Assembly: GCA_038133485.1 (NCBI GenBank)
Contig: JAYPTH010000002.1
Coordinates: 13,899 to 77,898, forward strand
Length of the DNA: 64,000 nt
Reading direction: 5' to 3'
Source of the DNA: Gammaproteobacteria bacterium
Lineage (GTDB): Bacteria; Pseudomonadota; Gammaproteobacteria; Magnimaribacterales; TMED112
Shown here: piece by piece, positions 35,669 to 45,817 of the stretch
Position numbering within the stretch: position 1 is the stretch's first letter
Layout: each line of letters begins with the position of its first letter
The notes under the pieces: generated by a model
Seen by the model: the letters and a program-made list of their open reading frames with translations, nothing else
What the model was told of the DNA's origin: nothing
The model's database searches: none
Translations under genes and position numbers: made by a program

Positions 35669-36397
35669 CTATTCATTAGTTAAGTAGTACCCATTTTGTT
35701 GCCAAAGAAACAATTCTTCTGAAAGATCACCATGACCAACCAGTTCTCCATTTTCATTAAAAACAAATCTTTCAACATTCCACCAGTTGACTTCTGCGCC
35801 CTCACCATTGGTTCCTGACAGCTCAAATGCTGCATAAACTACATTATCTTCAGCAATCAAAGGTCTAAATGTCTTAATAGATGGACGATTATCATAGCCT
35901 TCCCAACCTTCTTGATTGGCTAAAACCTGTTCTTTGGTTGCAGTTTGTTCTTGTGCAGCTCTTACTAAAGTCATTGAAATTTCTTCGCCGTCACGTTCCA
36001 GAACAATATTTACTTCTCCACCTATTGCACCTTGAAAGGGCAGATCTTCAACATTTTCAACAGTTGCCTCTATTCCATTAACTGAAATAAATTTATCGCC
36101 AGGTTTAAAGTTTTCTTTAGCTGGAGATCTCATCGCTTCAATAACCGTTAGATTCTCCTGGTCTATTTGGAAACCTAAACCAACATACCTACCATTCCAT
36201 CTTACATAATCATCAGCAAGTATACTGTGATATGCCTGTATCCATTCTTCCTTGGTACCATTAGTCCAAGCATCATAGACAGCTTGAATTTTAGCTTTGT
36301 TTGCATCAGATTGTTTGTCAGAAGATGTATCTGCTCCGCATGCAGTTAAAATTAATACTAGGCTTATCGAAAATAGTAATTGAGTTAATCTTTTCAT
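35669..36397 (-). CDS. Lipoprotein with a PDZ domain embedded in a SnoaL/NTF2-like fold
   Basis: 242 aa. Lipobox LTAC. The N-terminal AKIQAVYDAWTNG..ADDYVRW and the C-terminal VNWWNVERFVFNENGELVGHGD resemble SnoaL-like halves. The central FKPGDKFISVNGIE is a PDZ core. Confidence 0.5.
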   Translation of the reverse strand: MKRLTQLLFSISLVLILTACGADTSSDKQSDANKAKIQAVYDAWTNGTKEEWIQAYHSILADDYVRWNGRYVGLGFQIDQENLTVIEAMRSPAKENFKPGDKFISVNGIEATVENVEDLPFQGAIGGEVNIVLERDGEEISMTLVRAAQEQTATKEQVLANQEGWEGYDNRPSIKTFRPLIAEDNVVYAAFELSGTNGEGAEVNWWNVERFVFNENGELVGHGDLSEELFLWQQNGYYLTNE

Positions 36398-36520
36398 ATT
36401 CCTCCTTTATAAATTAACTTTTCAAAGATAAAACATAATAATCAAAAAGTCATGATTGGAGTGAATAATATTATTGCTTTACAAAAATTTATTCATTAAA
36501 TTGAAAAGGGTTAGGATCAC

Positions 36521-37135
36521 ATGGTAAAAATCTATGGCACAGAAGGAGCAAGGTCTATTAGGCCTATATGGGTAGCAGAAGAACTTGGCATTGAATATGA
36601 ATTGGAGATGATGCCCTTCCCTCCAAGAGTATTTCATAAGGAATTTCTTGAAATAAATATGCTAGGGACTGTTCCATTTCTTGTTGATGGTGATGTAAAA
36701 ATGACTGAATCAGTTGCGATGTGCCAATACTTAGCAGAAAAATATGGGCCAACAGATTTGCTAATTAACCCAAAAGAGAAAGATTATCCTAGCTATCTAA
36801 ACTGGTTGTACCACTCAGATGCAACTCTCACTTTCCCACAAACTGTTGTTATGAGATACAAACTTATGGAACCAGGGGTTGCCGATGGAGCAATCGAAGG
36901 CTATAGCAGATGGTTTGTTTCAAGATTAAAACTGCTTGAGTCAGAACTAGATGGTAAGGATTACCTATGCTCCAATCGATTTACCATTGCAGATATCTGT
37001 GTAGTTTATGCAATTCATCTAGCAAAAAGGTTAGGAATACATCAAGCAATGAAACCTAACATAACCCGATGGAGTGATAACCTTTTCCAAAGGAAAGCTT
37101 ATCAAAAATCTATAAATTTTAAGTTTAGTGATTAG
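36521..37135 (+). CDS. Glutathione S-transferase
   Basis: 204 aa. The N-terminal thioredoxin-like domain has GTVPFLVDGDVKMTESVAMCQYL. A helical C-terminal domain follows. Confidence 0.85.
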   Translation: MVKIYGTEGARSIRPIWVAEELGIEYELEMMPFPPRVFHKEFLEINMLGTVPFLVDGDVKMTESVAMCQYLAEKYGPTDLLINPKEKDYPSYLNWLYHSDATLTFPQTVVMRYKLMEPGVADGAIEGYSRWFVSRLKLLESELDGKDYLCSNRFTIADICVVYAIHLAKRLGIHQAMKPNITRWSDNLFQRKAYQKSINFKFSD

Positions 37136-37208
37136 CTAGCATATTATGCGAAGTTAAATTTTATTATTTTGCGATATTACCTTATAATATTTTTTAAAAA
37201 GGGTCTAA

Positions 37209-38858
37209 ATGTATAAAAATATTGCACCAAAATTAAAAACTAACTTAGATACCTCTTCAGATATCTTTATTAAGAATAAAGATATGATGCTGGGTAAAAT
37301 TAATTATTTAAAGTCATTACTTAAAGAAGCAGAAATGGGTGGTGGTCAATACCACCTTGATAGACTTGCTGCCAAAGGCAAGATGCCAGTAAGAGAAAGA
37401 GTTAAAAACTTACTTGATCAAGATACTCCTTTCCTAGAATTATCACCATATGCAGCTTGGGGCACTTCCTACACAGTTGGAGGAGGATGCGTTGGTGGCA
37501 TAGGTGTTGTAGCAGGTAAAGAGTGTGTTATCTTTGCAAACGACCCTTCAGTTTTGGGCGGAGCTATGAGCGTCTATGTTTGGGAAAAATGGATGAGATG
37601 CATAGAAGTGGCACGCGACAATAGATTACCATTCATTAATTTTGTTGAATCTGCTGGCGCTGACCTCAGAGGCAGACAATCAGATACATCAAATAATAAA
37701 GCAAGGCAGCTAGACAATTTTCATTTTGCGTCCTCTGGCCGATCTTTTTATGAAATGACTGAGTTATCAAAGTTAAAAATTCCAGTTGTCTCTGTAGTAT
37801 TTGGCTCCAGCACAGCTGGTGGAGCATATCAACCTGGCATGTCTGACTATAATATTTTTATCAAGAATCAGTCAAAAGCATTTCTTGCTGGCCCTCCACT
37901 AGTTCAGATGGCTACTGGTGAAATTTCAGATGATGAAACTTTAGGCGGAGCTAAAATGCATTCTGAAATTTCCGGATTTTCTGATTATTTAGCTGAAGAT
38001 GAAATGGATGCCATAAGAATATGTAGAAATGTTGTTAGCCACCTCAATATTGTAAAGAGAAGCAACTTTGAACTAACTACATTCAATGAACCTTTGTATG
38101 ATCCAGATGGTTTATTAGGTTTATTTAGTGAAGATCTAAAATCTCAAGTTGATATTAGAGAGGTCATAATGAGATTTGTAGATGGCTCTCAATTTGAGGA
38201 ATTTAAACCACTTTATGGCTCTACAATGGTTTGTGGTTGGGGTAATGTTTTTGGATATCCAGTAGGCATCCTTGGAAATAATGGACCAATATATCCAGAG
38301 ACAGCAGAAAAGTCAGCTTCTTTTATTCAGTTATGTAACCAAACAAACACCCCTCTTGTTTTCTTGCATAATGTAACAGGGTTCTTGGTAGGTAAGGAAT
38401 ATGAGCGGCAGGGGATAATTAAAAAAGGATCACAATTAATTAATACTGTTTCTAACTCAACAGTTCCACATATTAGCTTTATATTAGGAGCATCTTACGG
38501 AGCAGGAACTTATGCTATGTCAGGCAAAGCATATAACAACCGTTTTCTTTTCACATGGCCAACTGCAAAAATTGCAGTAATGGGTCCAAAACAATTTGCA
38601 GGAGTAATGTCTCTTGTAAGGAGAGCCAAAGCAAAACGTAAAGGAGAGAAATTTGATGAAGAATTAGATAAACAATTAGTTGAATTTGTTGAGGCTGCTG
38701 CAGAGCAAGAATCTTTGGCCCTTTCTGCATCCAGTATGCTCACTGATGATGGCATTATTGATCCAAGAGATACAAGAAATGTTTTAGGCTTTTGTCTTTC
38801 TGTTATTGACAACAATCAAGTCAAAGGTGCTGATGGTTATGGAGTATTTAGATTGTGA
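37209..38858 (+). CDS. Acyl-CoA carboxylase carboxyltransferase (beta) subunit, AtuC/LiuB family
   Basis: 549 aa with a duplicated crotonase-like carboxyltransferase fold. Motifs include GGGQYHLDRLAAKGKMPVRERV, FANDPSVLGGAM and GSSTAGGAY. Confidence 0.85.
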   Translation: MYKNIAPKLKTNLDTSSDIFIKNKDMMLGKINYLKSLLKEAEMGGGQYHLDRLAAKGKMPVRERVKNLLDQDTPFLELSPYAAWGTSYTVGGGCVGGIGVVAGKECVIFANDPSVLGGAMSVYVWEKWMRCIEVARDNRLPFINFVESAGADLRGRQSDTSNNKARQLDNFHFASSGRSFYEMTELSKLKIPVVSVVFGSSTAGGAYQPGMSDYNIFIKNQSKAFLAGPPLVQMATGEISDDETLGGAKMHSEISGFSDYLAEDEMDAIRICRNVVSHLNIVKRSNFELTTFNEPLYDPDGLLGLFSEDLKSQVDIREVIMRFVDGSQFEEFKPLYGSTMVCGWGNVFGYPVGILGNNGPIYPETAEKSASFIQLCNQTNTPLVFLHNVTGFLVGKEYERQGIIKKGSQLINTVSNSTVPHISFILGASYGAGTYAMSGKAYNNRFLFTWPTAKIAVMGPKQFAGVMSLVRRAKAKRKGEKFDEELDKQLVEFVEAAAEQESLALSASSMLTDDGIIDPRDTRNVLGFCLSVIDNNQVKGADGYGVFRL

Positions 38859-40792
38859 AAATCGATAAAATACTCGTAGCCAATAGAGGAGAAATAGCTA
38901 CAAGGATATTTAAGACCATAAGAAATCTTGGTTTAAATTCTGTAGCCATATATACAGAAGCGGATATTGGTAGTGTCCATATTCATCAAGCAGATGAAGC
39001 AGCTTTCATCTCAGATGGATATCTCAATCAAGAAGAAATCATACAAAAAGCTAAAGAGATGAATGTGGATGCAATTCATCCTGGCTATGGATTCTTATCA
39101 GAAAATGCTGATTTTTGCCGCAAGGTGTTAGCAGCCAAAATTAAATGGATTGGTCCAGATCCAGAAACAATAGAGCTAATGGGAGATAAAATAAATTCAA
39201 AAGATTTTTGTGTTAAACAAGGCATCCCTACCCTTCTTAAAACGACAAGCGCAAGAGAAGCGTCAAATATAGGTTTTCCAATTCTTGTAAAAGCATCAGC
39301 AGGTGGCGGTGGAAAAGGAATGAGAATTGTGGAAAATAAAAAAGATCTTGATGAAGCGATTAATGCTGCAAAAAGAGAAGCAAAATCAAGCTTTGGAGAT
39401 GAAAGAGTTTTCCTTGAAAAATACATCAAAAGATCAAGACATATTGAAGTTCAAATACTGGGTGATAACTTTGGAAATGTTGTACATCTTTTTGAAAGGG
39501 AATGCTCAATTCAAAGAAGACATCAAAAAATCATAGAAGAATCTCCATCACCGCGACTAAGTTCTGCTCTAAGGAATCAGATTACTGCTTCAGCCGTCAC
39601 TCTTGCTTCAAAACTTGGATATAAATCAGCAGGAACCGTCGAATACTTATTTGATGAAGATACTAATGAATTTTGGTTTCTCGAAGTTAATACTAGACTT
39701 CAAGTTGAACACCCTGTCACCGAACTAGTAACCTCGGTAGATTTAGTAAAAGAGCAAATAAGAATTGCCGAAGGAAAAAAACTGAGTTTTAAACAAAAAG
39801 ATCTAAAACAAAAGGGTTCTGCTATAGAGGTCAGACTCTATGCAGAAAATCCAAATAATGACTTTTTGCCAGAAATTGGCAAGATTAAAGCACTTTCATA
39901 TCCTAATTTAAATGCAATTAGGTGGGATATTGGAATCAAGAAAAATGATGTAATCACTCCTAATTTTGATCCTATGCTCGCAAAAATAATCGCCTATGGA
40001 GAATCAAGAAAAGAAGCGATTAATATTCTGAAAAAAGAACTTCAACTAACTCATATTGCTGGCATTAAAACTAATAAAGAATTCTTAATTAAATGCTTAG
40101 ATAATGCATCATTTAAAAAAGGAAAAACAACTTCTGATTTTATTGAACGTGAAGCAAGAAAACTTCTTTCCAGTAGAAGTAAGAGAGATATAGATATTTT
40201 AATGAAAGTGGCCACTCTTTGGATGCATGAAAAAACTAAATCTGATAATCAAAAATTAAATTTTCTGCCAAGAAATTGGACCAATGGCACTTTACCAAGA
40301 GCGCATCTTGCTTGGAAGTTTGAAGATGAATCTTTTCTTTATGAATACTCTAGGGAAGCATCCAGAATTGAGATTAATAGAAAATTATTCGAAAGGATTT
40401 CTACCTCTATTGCTTCGGAGCTAAATCTCACTGCAGATGGAATAACTATGCAACTTGATGATAGGTTTTTGAAGGTAAAAATTACAGAAAATGATAACAG
40501 TGTCACTATAAATGACGGAACAGGTGACATAATTTTTGAGAAAATTCCAAAATTTAGTGATCCAAATGAAATATTAATCGAAGGGAGTTTAATTGCACCT
40601 ATGCCTGGGAAAATATTACAAATAAATGCTAAAAAGGGGGCAAAAGTATCAAAAGGTGAACCATTGATGATTCTAGAAGCTATGAAAATGGAGCACACAA
40701 TTAAAGCTAATGCTGATGGTATTGTTTCAGAGGTTTTTGTAAAAGTTGGTGATCAGGTGGAAAATGGTGCAGACTTGATGAAGGTAGATTAA
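38855..40792 (+). CDS. Biotin carboxylase / biotin-carboxyl-carrier (alpha) subunit of acyl-CoA carboxylase, AtuF/LiuD family
   Basis: 645 aa. GTG start in a GTGA overlap with the beta subunit. Motifs KILVANRGEIA, ATP-grasp KASAGGGGKGMR and EVNTRLQVEHPVTE. The C-terminal biotinyl site is EAMKME. Confidence 0.9.
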   Translation: MKIDKILVANRGEIATRIFKTIRNLGLNSVAIYTEADIGSVHIHQADEAAFISDGYLNQEEIIQKAKEMNVDAIHPGYGFLSENADFCRKVLAAKIKWIGPDPETIELMGDKINSKDFCVKQGIPTLLKTTSAREASNIGFPILVKASAGGGGKGMRIVENKKDLDEAINAAKREAKSSFGDERVFLEKYIKRSRHIEVQILGDNFGNVVHLFERECSIQRRHQKIIEESPSPRLSSALRNQITASAVTLASKLGYKSAGTVEYLFDEDTNEFWFLEVNTRLQVEHPVTELVTSVDLVKEQIRIAEGKKLSFKQKDLKQKGSAIEVRLYAENPNNDFLPEIGKIKALSYPNLNAIRWDIGIKKNDVITPNFDPMLAKIIAYGESRKEAINILKKELQLTHIAGIKTNKEFLIKCLDNASFKKGKTTSDFIEREARKLLSSRSKRDIDILMKVATLWMHEKTKSDNQKLNFLPRNWTNGTLPRAHLAWKFEDESFLYEYSREASRIEINRKLFERISTSIASELNLTADGITMQLDDRFLKVKITENDNSVTINDGTGDIIFEKIPKFSDPNEILIEGSLIAPMPGKILQINAKKGAKVSKGEPLMILEAMKMEHTIKANADGIVSEVFVKVGDQVENGADLMKVD

Positions 40793-40794
40793 AA

Positions 40795-42570
40795 ATGTCT
40801 GAAGATCTTTTAAGAATAGGCAATTGTAGTGGGTTCTATGGAGATAAACTCTCTGCTGCCAAAGAAATGGTAGATGGTGGTCCTGTTGATGTTTTAACGG
40901 GGGATTATTTAGCTGAACTTACGATGGCTATTCTTTACAGTCAAAAAATTCAAAAAGGGCCAAAAGCTGGTTACGTAGGAACCTTCCTAAAACAACTAGC
41001 TGATGTTGCTGATACTTGCTCTAAGAAGAATATAAAGATCGTGACTAATGCTGGTGGTCTCAATCCATACAGCATGACCGAAGAAACATTGAAGATTTTA
41101 GAAACTCTTGGCCTTGAATTGAATGTTGCTTATATAACTGGTGATGACTTATTGCCACAAATAGATGATTTAACTAAAAAAGGTGAGAAATTTATAAATT
41201 TAGATACAGGAAAGAAATTTATCAACCAAGACACTACTTTATTATCAGCTAATGCTTATCTTGGTTGCTGGGGTATAAAAAAAGCTTTAGATGAAGGTGC
41301 AGATATTGTTATTTGTCCAAGAGTTACTGATGCAGCTCTTGTAATGGGTCCTGCAGCCTGGAAATATAATTGGAGTCCACATGACTATGATAAGCTTGCT
41401 GGAGCTCTTGCGGCAGGACATATAATTGAGTGTGGTGCTCAGGCAACTGGTGGCAACTATTCATTCTTTAAAGAAGTGCCAACGTTTCGCAATATTGGCT
41501 ATCCGATTGCCGAAATTAAGGAAGATGGAAGCTTCTATATCACAAAACATAAAAATACTGGTGGTTTAGTTTCTAAAGGAACTGTCACTGCACAGTTATT
41601 GTATGAAATCTCTTCTCCTAAATATCTTAATCCTGATGTTTCAGCACATTTTGACTCATTAGCCATCGAAGATGTTGAAGAAAATAGAGTATATGTAACA
41701 AATCATAAAGGAAGTCCTCCTCCAGAGACACTCAAAGTATGCATGAATCTTGCTGGCGGTTTTAAAAACAGTATGGAATTAATAGTTACAGGCCTTGATA
41801 TTGAGGAGAAAGCAGAAACCTTTATTGAAGAACTCTTTTACTCCTTGGGCGGCAAAGAAAAATATGATGAAGTATCGGTACAACTTCTTCGTACAGATAA
41901 AATAAATGCTACAACCAATGAGGAGGCAATGGCCACATTGAAAATATCAGTTAAATCCAAAGACCAAACCCTTACAGGTAGAATTTTTTCGGCAAAAGTT
42001 GTAGAGCTTGGGCTAGCAAACTACCCAGGCTGGACTGTTCAAAGTGATATTAAAGCAGGCAATCCATTTATAGACTATTGGCCTTCAACCATACAAAGAA
42101 ACTTGGTGAAAGAAATCGTTCATATAAATGGAAGGGAAATTGAGATTGAACATAATGATTATGAACCAGAGACCAACCATCAGCCTAATCAGGACCAAAT
42201 AGAAAAAATAAACGGTGAATTGGATGAGATTGCGCTGGGAAGAATTTATGGTACGAGGTCTGGAGATAAAGGTGGATGCGCAAATGTGGGAGTATGGGCA
42301 AAGGACCATGAATCTTATAAGCACCTTTTTCATTACTTAACAGTTGAGAAATTAAAAGAGCTACTTCCTGATATGTCTGACTATAAAATTCACAGATATG
42401 AGCTACCAAATATTCTTTCGCTGAATTTTGTAATTAGAGGATTATTGGGGAATGGAGTATCATCAAATGATAGAAAAGATGGGCAAGCTAAATCTTTGGG
42501 TGAGTATCTGGGGTCTAAAATCATTGAATGCCCAAAAACTATAATTGATAGTCATTATGAAATTCGGTAA
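40795..42570 (+). CDS. atuA: AtuA-family protein (DUF1446, acyclic terpene utilisation)
   Basis: 591 aa. The N-terminus IGNCSGFYGDKLSAAKEMVDGGPVDVLTGDYLAELTM is the characteristic DUF1446 start. The length is consistent with a fused DUF1446 plus C-terminal extension, as in Pseudomonas AtuA. Confidence 0.7.
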   Translation: MSEDLLRIGNCSGFYGDKLSAAKEMVDGGPVDVLTGDYLAELTMAILYSQKIQKGPKAGYVGTFLKQLADVADTCSKKNIKIVTNAGGLNPYSMTEETLKILETLGLELNVAYITGDDLLPQIDDLTKKGEKFINLDTGKKFINQDTTLLSANAYLGCWGIKKALDEGADIVICPRVTDAALVMGPAAWKYNWSPHDYDKLAGALAAGHIIECGAQATGGNYSFFKEVPTFRNIGYPIAEIKEDGSFYITKHKNTGGLVSKGTVTAQLLYEISSPKYLNPDVSAHFDSLAIEDVEENRVYVTNHKGSPPPETLKVCMNLAGGFKNSMELIVTGLDIEEKAETFIEELFYSLGGKEKYDEVSVQLLRTDKINATTNEEAMATLKISVKSKDQTLTGRIFSAKVVELGLANYPGWTVQSDIKAGNPFIDYWPSTIQRNLVKEIVHINGREIEIEHNDYEPETNHQPNQDQIEKINGELDEIALGRIYGTRSGDKGGCANVGVWAKDHESYKHLFHYLTVEKLKELLPDMSDYKIHRYELPNILSLNFVIRGLLGNGVSSNDRKDGQAKSLGEYLGSKIIECPKTIIDSHYEIR

Positions 42571-43342
42571 ATCAAGTTTCTCTACTCTTTTAGTTAATGA
42601 AGAGAACTACATTCTTAAAATAAGCCTTAACCGTCCAGAGAAAAAAAATGCTATAGATCCGATAATGACTAATGAGTTTTTATATGCGATTAATTATGCA
42701 AAACAAAATGATTCAGTCAGAGTTATTGAAATATCTGCAAAGGGAGATGTTTTTTGTGCAGGCGGTGACCTTGGTTCTATGTCTGGAGAAAAAGACAGTA
42801 ATGTCCCTGATATGAAAGGAACCTTAGCTGATATAGCTTTATCGCTAAATGAACTATGCAAGCCTGTAGTAACTAGAATAGAGGGCAATGTCTATGCAGG
42901 CGCCCTTCTATTGATATGCAATTCGACTCATGCATATGCATTAAATACAGTCTCTTTTTGTGCCCCTGAAATTAAACGTGGCATTTGGCCTTTTATGGTA
43001 ATGGCTGGATTATTTAGAGTGGTCTCAAAAAGAGATGGGTTAGATCTAATTATGCGTGGTGAACCAATCGATGCTAATGAAGCAGCTAGAATTGGTTTAA
43101 TTAATGCTGCTCTAAACAAAAATGATCTACATATTACAGTCGATAAAGTAATTGAAGATCTATCAAAACTTCCACCAAAAGCAATGTCTAGAGGGCTAAA
43201 AGCTTTTAATCATCAAGAAGATTTAAATTTTTCTGATGCTATGAAATTTTTAGAAAATGAAATTCATGAAACTCTAACAAGCGAAGAAGCCAAAGAAGGT
43301 ATAACGGCTTTTCTTGAAAAAAGAGAGCCAGATTGGAAGTAA
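42557..43342 (+). CDS. Enoyl-CoA hydratase/isomerase (crotonase) family protein, AtuE/LiuC-like
   Basis: Crotonase motifs LNRPEKKNA, FCAGGDL and a C-terminal EGITAFLEKREP. The ATG at 42557 (MKFGKSS) is preferred over the track start at 42545. Overlaps atuA by 14 nt. Confidence 0.8.
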   Translation: MKFGKSSFSTLLVNEENYILKISLNRPEKKNAIDPIMTNEFLYAINYAKQNDSVRVIEISAKGDVFCAGGDLGSMSGEKDSNVPDMKGTLADIALSLNELCKPVVTRIEGNVYAGALLLICNSTHAYALNTVSFCAPEIKRGIWPFMVMAGLFRVVSKRDGLDLIMRGEPIDANEAARIGLINAALNKNDLHITVDKVIEDLSKLPPKAMSRGLKAFNHQEDLNFSDAMKFLENEIHETLTSEEAKEGITAFLEKREPDWK

Positions 43343-43414
43343 GGGATAAGGTATAATAAAAAAATGTTGGATGGCCAGAGCTTTTGAGCAAATGGTCTGA
43401 AGTTGGGAGATAAA

Positions 43415-44551
43415 ATGAATTCTAAAATTTGTGAAATATTAGGGATAGAATTTCCACTAGTAGCCTTTAGTCATTGCAAGGATGTTGTAGCACAAGTGTC
43501 TAAGGCAGGTGGAATGGGTGTGCTTGGAGCAGTAGGTATGACACCTGAAATTCTCGAACAAGAATTAAACTGGATAGATGAACATGTGGATGGAAAGCCA
43601 TATGGTCTGGACTTATTGGTGCCAAACAAATTTGTTGGAAAGGAAGATAATATGGATCCTTCTGAACTTGGGAAACTTATTCCACAAGAGCACAGAGATT
43701 TTCGCGCCGATGTGTTAAAAGATCATGATATTGATGGAGAAGATCTAAGACAACAAACAGATGATTATTCTAATTGGGGTGAGAATATGCAGGAAAGTGG
43801 TGCCACTAAAATGCTGCAGATTGGTTTTGATCATGGCGTAAGACTATATGCCAATGCATTAGGAGTCCCTCCAGCCTGGATGTTAGATCTATGTAAAGAA
43901 AATAATGTTCCAGTGGCAGCTCTGGTTGGAAAAAAAGAACATGCTTTAAAACAAGTTGAAGCTGGAGTTGATATCTTAGTAGTCTCAGGCACTGAAGGTG
44001 GTGGTCATTGCGGCGATGTTTCAACAATGGTCCTTGTTCCAGAAATAGCAAGAGCTATAAAGAAGGTAAGAGATGTGCCAATTCTTGCTGCTGGAGGAAT
44101 ATGTACTGGAGAACAGATGGCTGGTGCCATGGCTATGGGGGCCTCTGGAGCTTGGTGTGCTTCAGTTTTCTTAACAACTTCAGAAGCAGAAACATCAGAG
44201 ATAGTAAAAGAAAAAATGCTTGCAGCATCCTCAAGTCAAACAGTGAGATCACGCAGCAGAACAGGCAAACATTCAAGACAATTGCAATCCAGTTGGACGG
44301 ATGCATGGGAATCAGAAAAAGCGCCAGATCCATTGCCAATGCCGTTACAAACTATGGTATCAGAACCTGCTTTAAAAAGAATTGATAAAGCTGCTGATGT
44401 AGGTCATGATGGCGCTAAGAAATTAGCCACTTACTGGGTGGGGCAAGGTATAGGCTTAGTTGAAGAAAGAATTACCGCTGGCCAAACTGTGCAAAAGTTT
44501 AAAGAGGAATTTATTGAAGCCTACGAAAGGTTAAATAGCTTCATGGAATAG
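43415..44551 (+). CDS. Nitronate monooxygenase (NMO / 2-nitropropane dioxygenase) family FMN oxidoreductase
   Basis: The ATG at 43415 follows a GGGAGA RBS; the track uses GTG at 43403. TIM-barrel FMN motifs GIEFPLV, SGTEGGGH and ILAAGGICTGEQMAGAMAMGA. Confidence 0.8.
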   Translation: MNSKICEILGIEFPLVAFSHCKDVVAQVSKAGGMGVLGAVGMTPEILEQELNWIDEHVDGKPYGLDLLVPNKFVGKEDNMDPSELGKLIPQEHRDFRADVLKDHDIDGEDLRQQTDDYSNWGENMQESGATKMLQIGFDHGVRLYANALGVPPAWMLDLCKENNVPVAALVGKKEHALKQVEAGVDILVVSGTEGGGHCGDVSTMVLVPEIARAIKKVRDVPILAAGGICTGEQMAGAMAMGASGAWCASVFLTTSEAETSEIVKEKMLAASSSQTVRSRSRTGKHSRQLQSSWTDAWESEKAPDPLPMPLQTMVSEPALKRIDKAADVGHDGAKKLATYWVGQGIGLVEERITAGQTVQKFKEEFIEAYERLNSFME

Positions 44552-45817
44552 ATGTTTAACTTACGAAATACAAGTTTTTTATTATTTGTGACAATTTTAA
44601 ATGTCATAAATTTTGTTGATAGACAATTTTTAGCAAGCTTTGCTAATTTCATTATTCCAGATCTTCAGCTATCAAACACCGAGTTTGGATTATTAACTGG
44701 AGTTGTATTTATTTTTTTCTATACCGTCTCTGGATTATTTATTGGCACTCTTGCTGATCGATATAACAGAACAAGAATTATTGGCATAGGTGTAATTATT
44801 TGGAGTTTCTTCACAGCTCTCTCTGGGTTAGCTAAAAACTTTATCACCCTAGCCATACCAAGAATATTTATTGGCATTGGTGAATCAGCGATGACACCTA
44901 CAACTATGTCTATCCTTTCAGATAGATACGAGATAAAAAAACTGGGCTTTGCCGCAGGCTTCTACTATATGGGAGTGCCACTAGGTGTCGGTGTAAGTTT
45001 AATTTTAGCAGGCTATCTCGGGCCAGTTATTGGTTGGAGAGGATGCTTCTATTTAATTGGCTCTATAGGTGTCGTTCTAGGATTGGCAATGTTATTGGTG
45101 AAAGATTCACCTAGAAAAAATATTACTACAACTTCAAACCAAAAATCTTTCTCAGAAATTATCTCACTTCTAATATCAGCTCTAACTAGATCAAAATCTT
45201 TAATGCTCACAATTGCTGCGGGTACCATCTATCACTTAAACCTTGGGGCCTCAGTTTTTGACCAAGTGTGGGCAATCCAAGATAAAGGCTTAGATCGTGC
45301 TGCATTCGCTCAAGCCTCTGGATGGATATTTACAATTTTTGGTATCCTAGGGAGCGTTTTTGGGGGCACATTTAGTGACTGGGCCTTGAAAAAATATAAC
45401 TTACCAAGAACTTGGTTCTTATTAATCCTTACCTTAATCTCAATGCCTTTTGCATTTACAAGATACCTCGATCCAGATGGAACATTATTTTGGGTAGGTA
45501 TATGCGTTGCTGCTTTTGGCTTGGGTTGTTTTTATGGTCCAGTTTTTGCAGTAATTCAAGAACTAGTTCCACCCTCAATTAGAGGAACTATAGTTGGTTT
45601 TAACCTGGTCTGCTTAAATCTTTTAGGTTTTGTTCCTGGCAGTATTATTGCTGGAATAGTTTTAGACAACATGTTGGCTTCAGGAGCAGAAATGCCTTAT
45701 ACCCAAACTCTAGTAGCATTCAGTGTAATGTTCCTGATACTTGGACCAATTTTGTATTACTTAGCAGGAAAGTATTATCAAGCTGATAAAGAAGCTTTAG
45801 AAAAAGAATTTGGTTAA
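44552..45817 (+). CDS. MFS transporter
   Basis: 421 aa with 12 predicted TM segments and the MFS loop motif GTLADRYNRTRII. The start abuts the NMO stop (TAGATG). Confidence 0.85.
   Translation: MFNLRNTSFLLFVTILNVINFVDRQFLASFANFIIPDLQLSNTEFGLLTGVVFIFFYTVSGLFIGTLADRYNRTRIIGIGVIIWSFFTALSGLAKNFITLAIPRIFIGIGESAMTPTTMSILSDRYEIKKLGFAAGFYYMGVPLGVGVSLILAGYLGPVIGWRGCFYLIGSIGVVLGLAMLLVKDSPRKNITTTSNQKSFSEIISLLISALTRSKSLMLTIAAGTIYHLNLGASVFDQVWAIQDKGLDRAAFAQASGWIFTIFGILGSVFGGTFSDWALKKYNLPRTWFLLILTLISMPFAFTRYLDPDGTLFWVGICVAAFGLGCFYGPVFAVIQELVPPSIRGTIVGFNLVCLNLLGFVPGSIIAGIVLDNMLASGAEMPYTQTLVAFSVMFLILGPILYYLAGKYYQADKEALEKEFG

Noticed and set aside
37143-37188. Direct repeat TATTATGCGA / TATTTTGCGA spaced 21 nt apart, plus TATAAT, upstream of the carboxylase operon.
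   Set aside because: Only about 8/10 identity in very AT-rich DNA. The spacing to TATAAT does not give a sensible -35. No cognate regulator gene is nearby.
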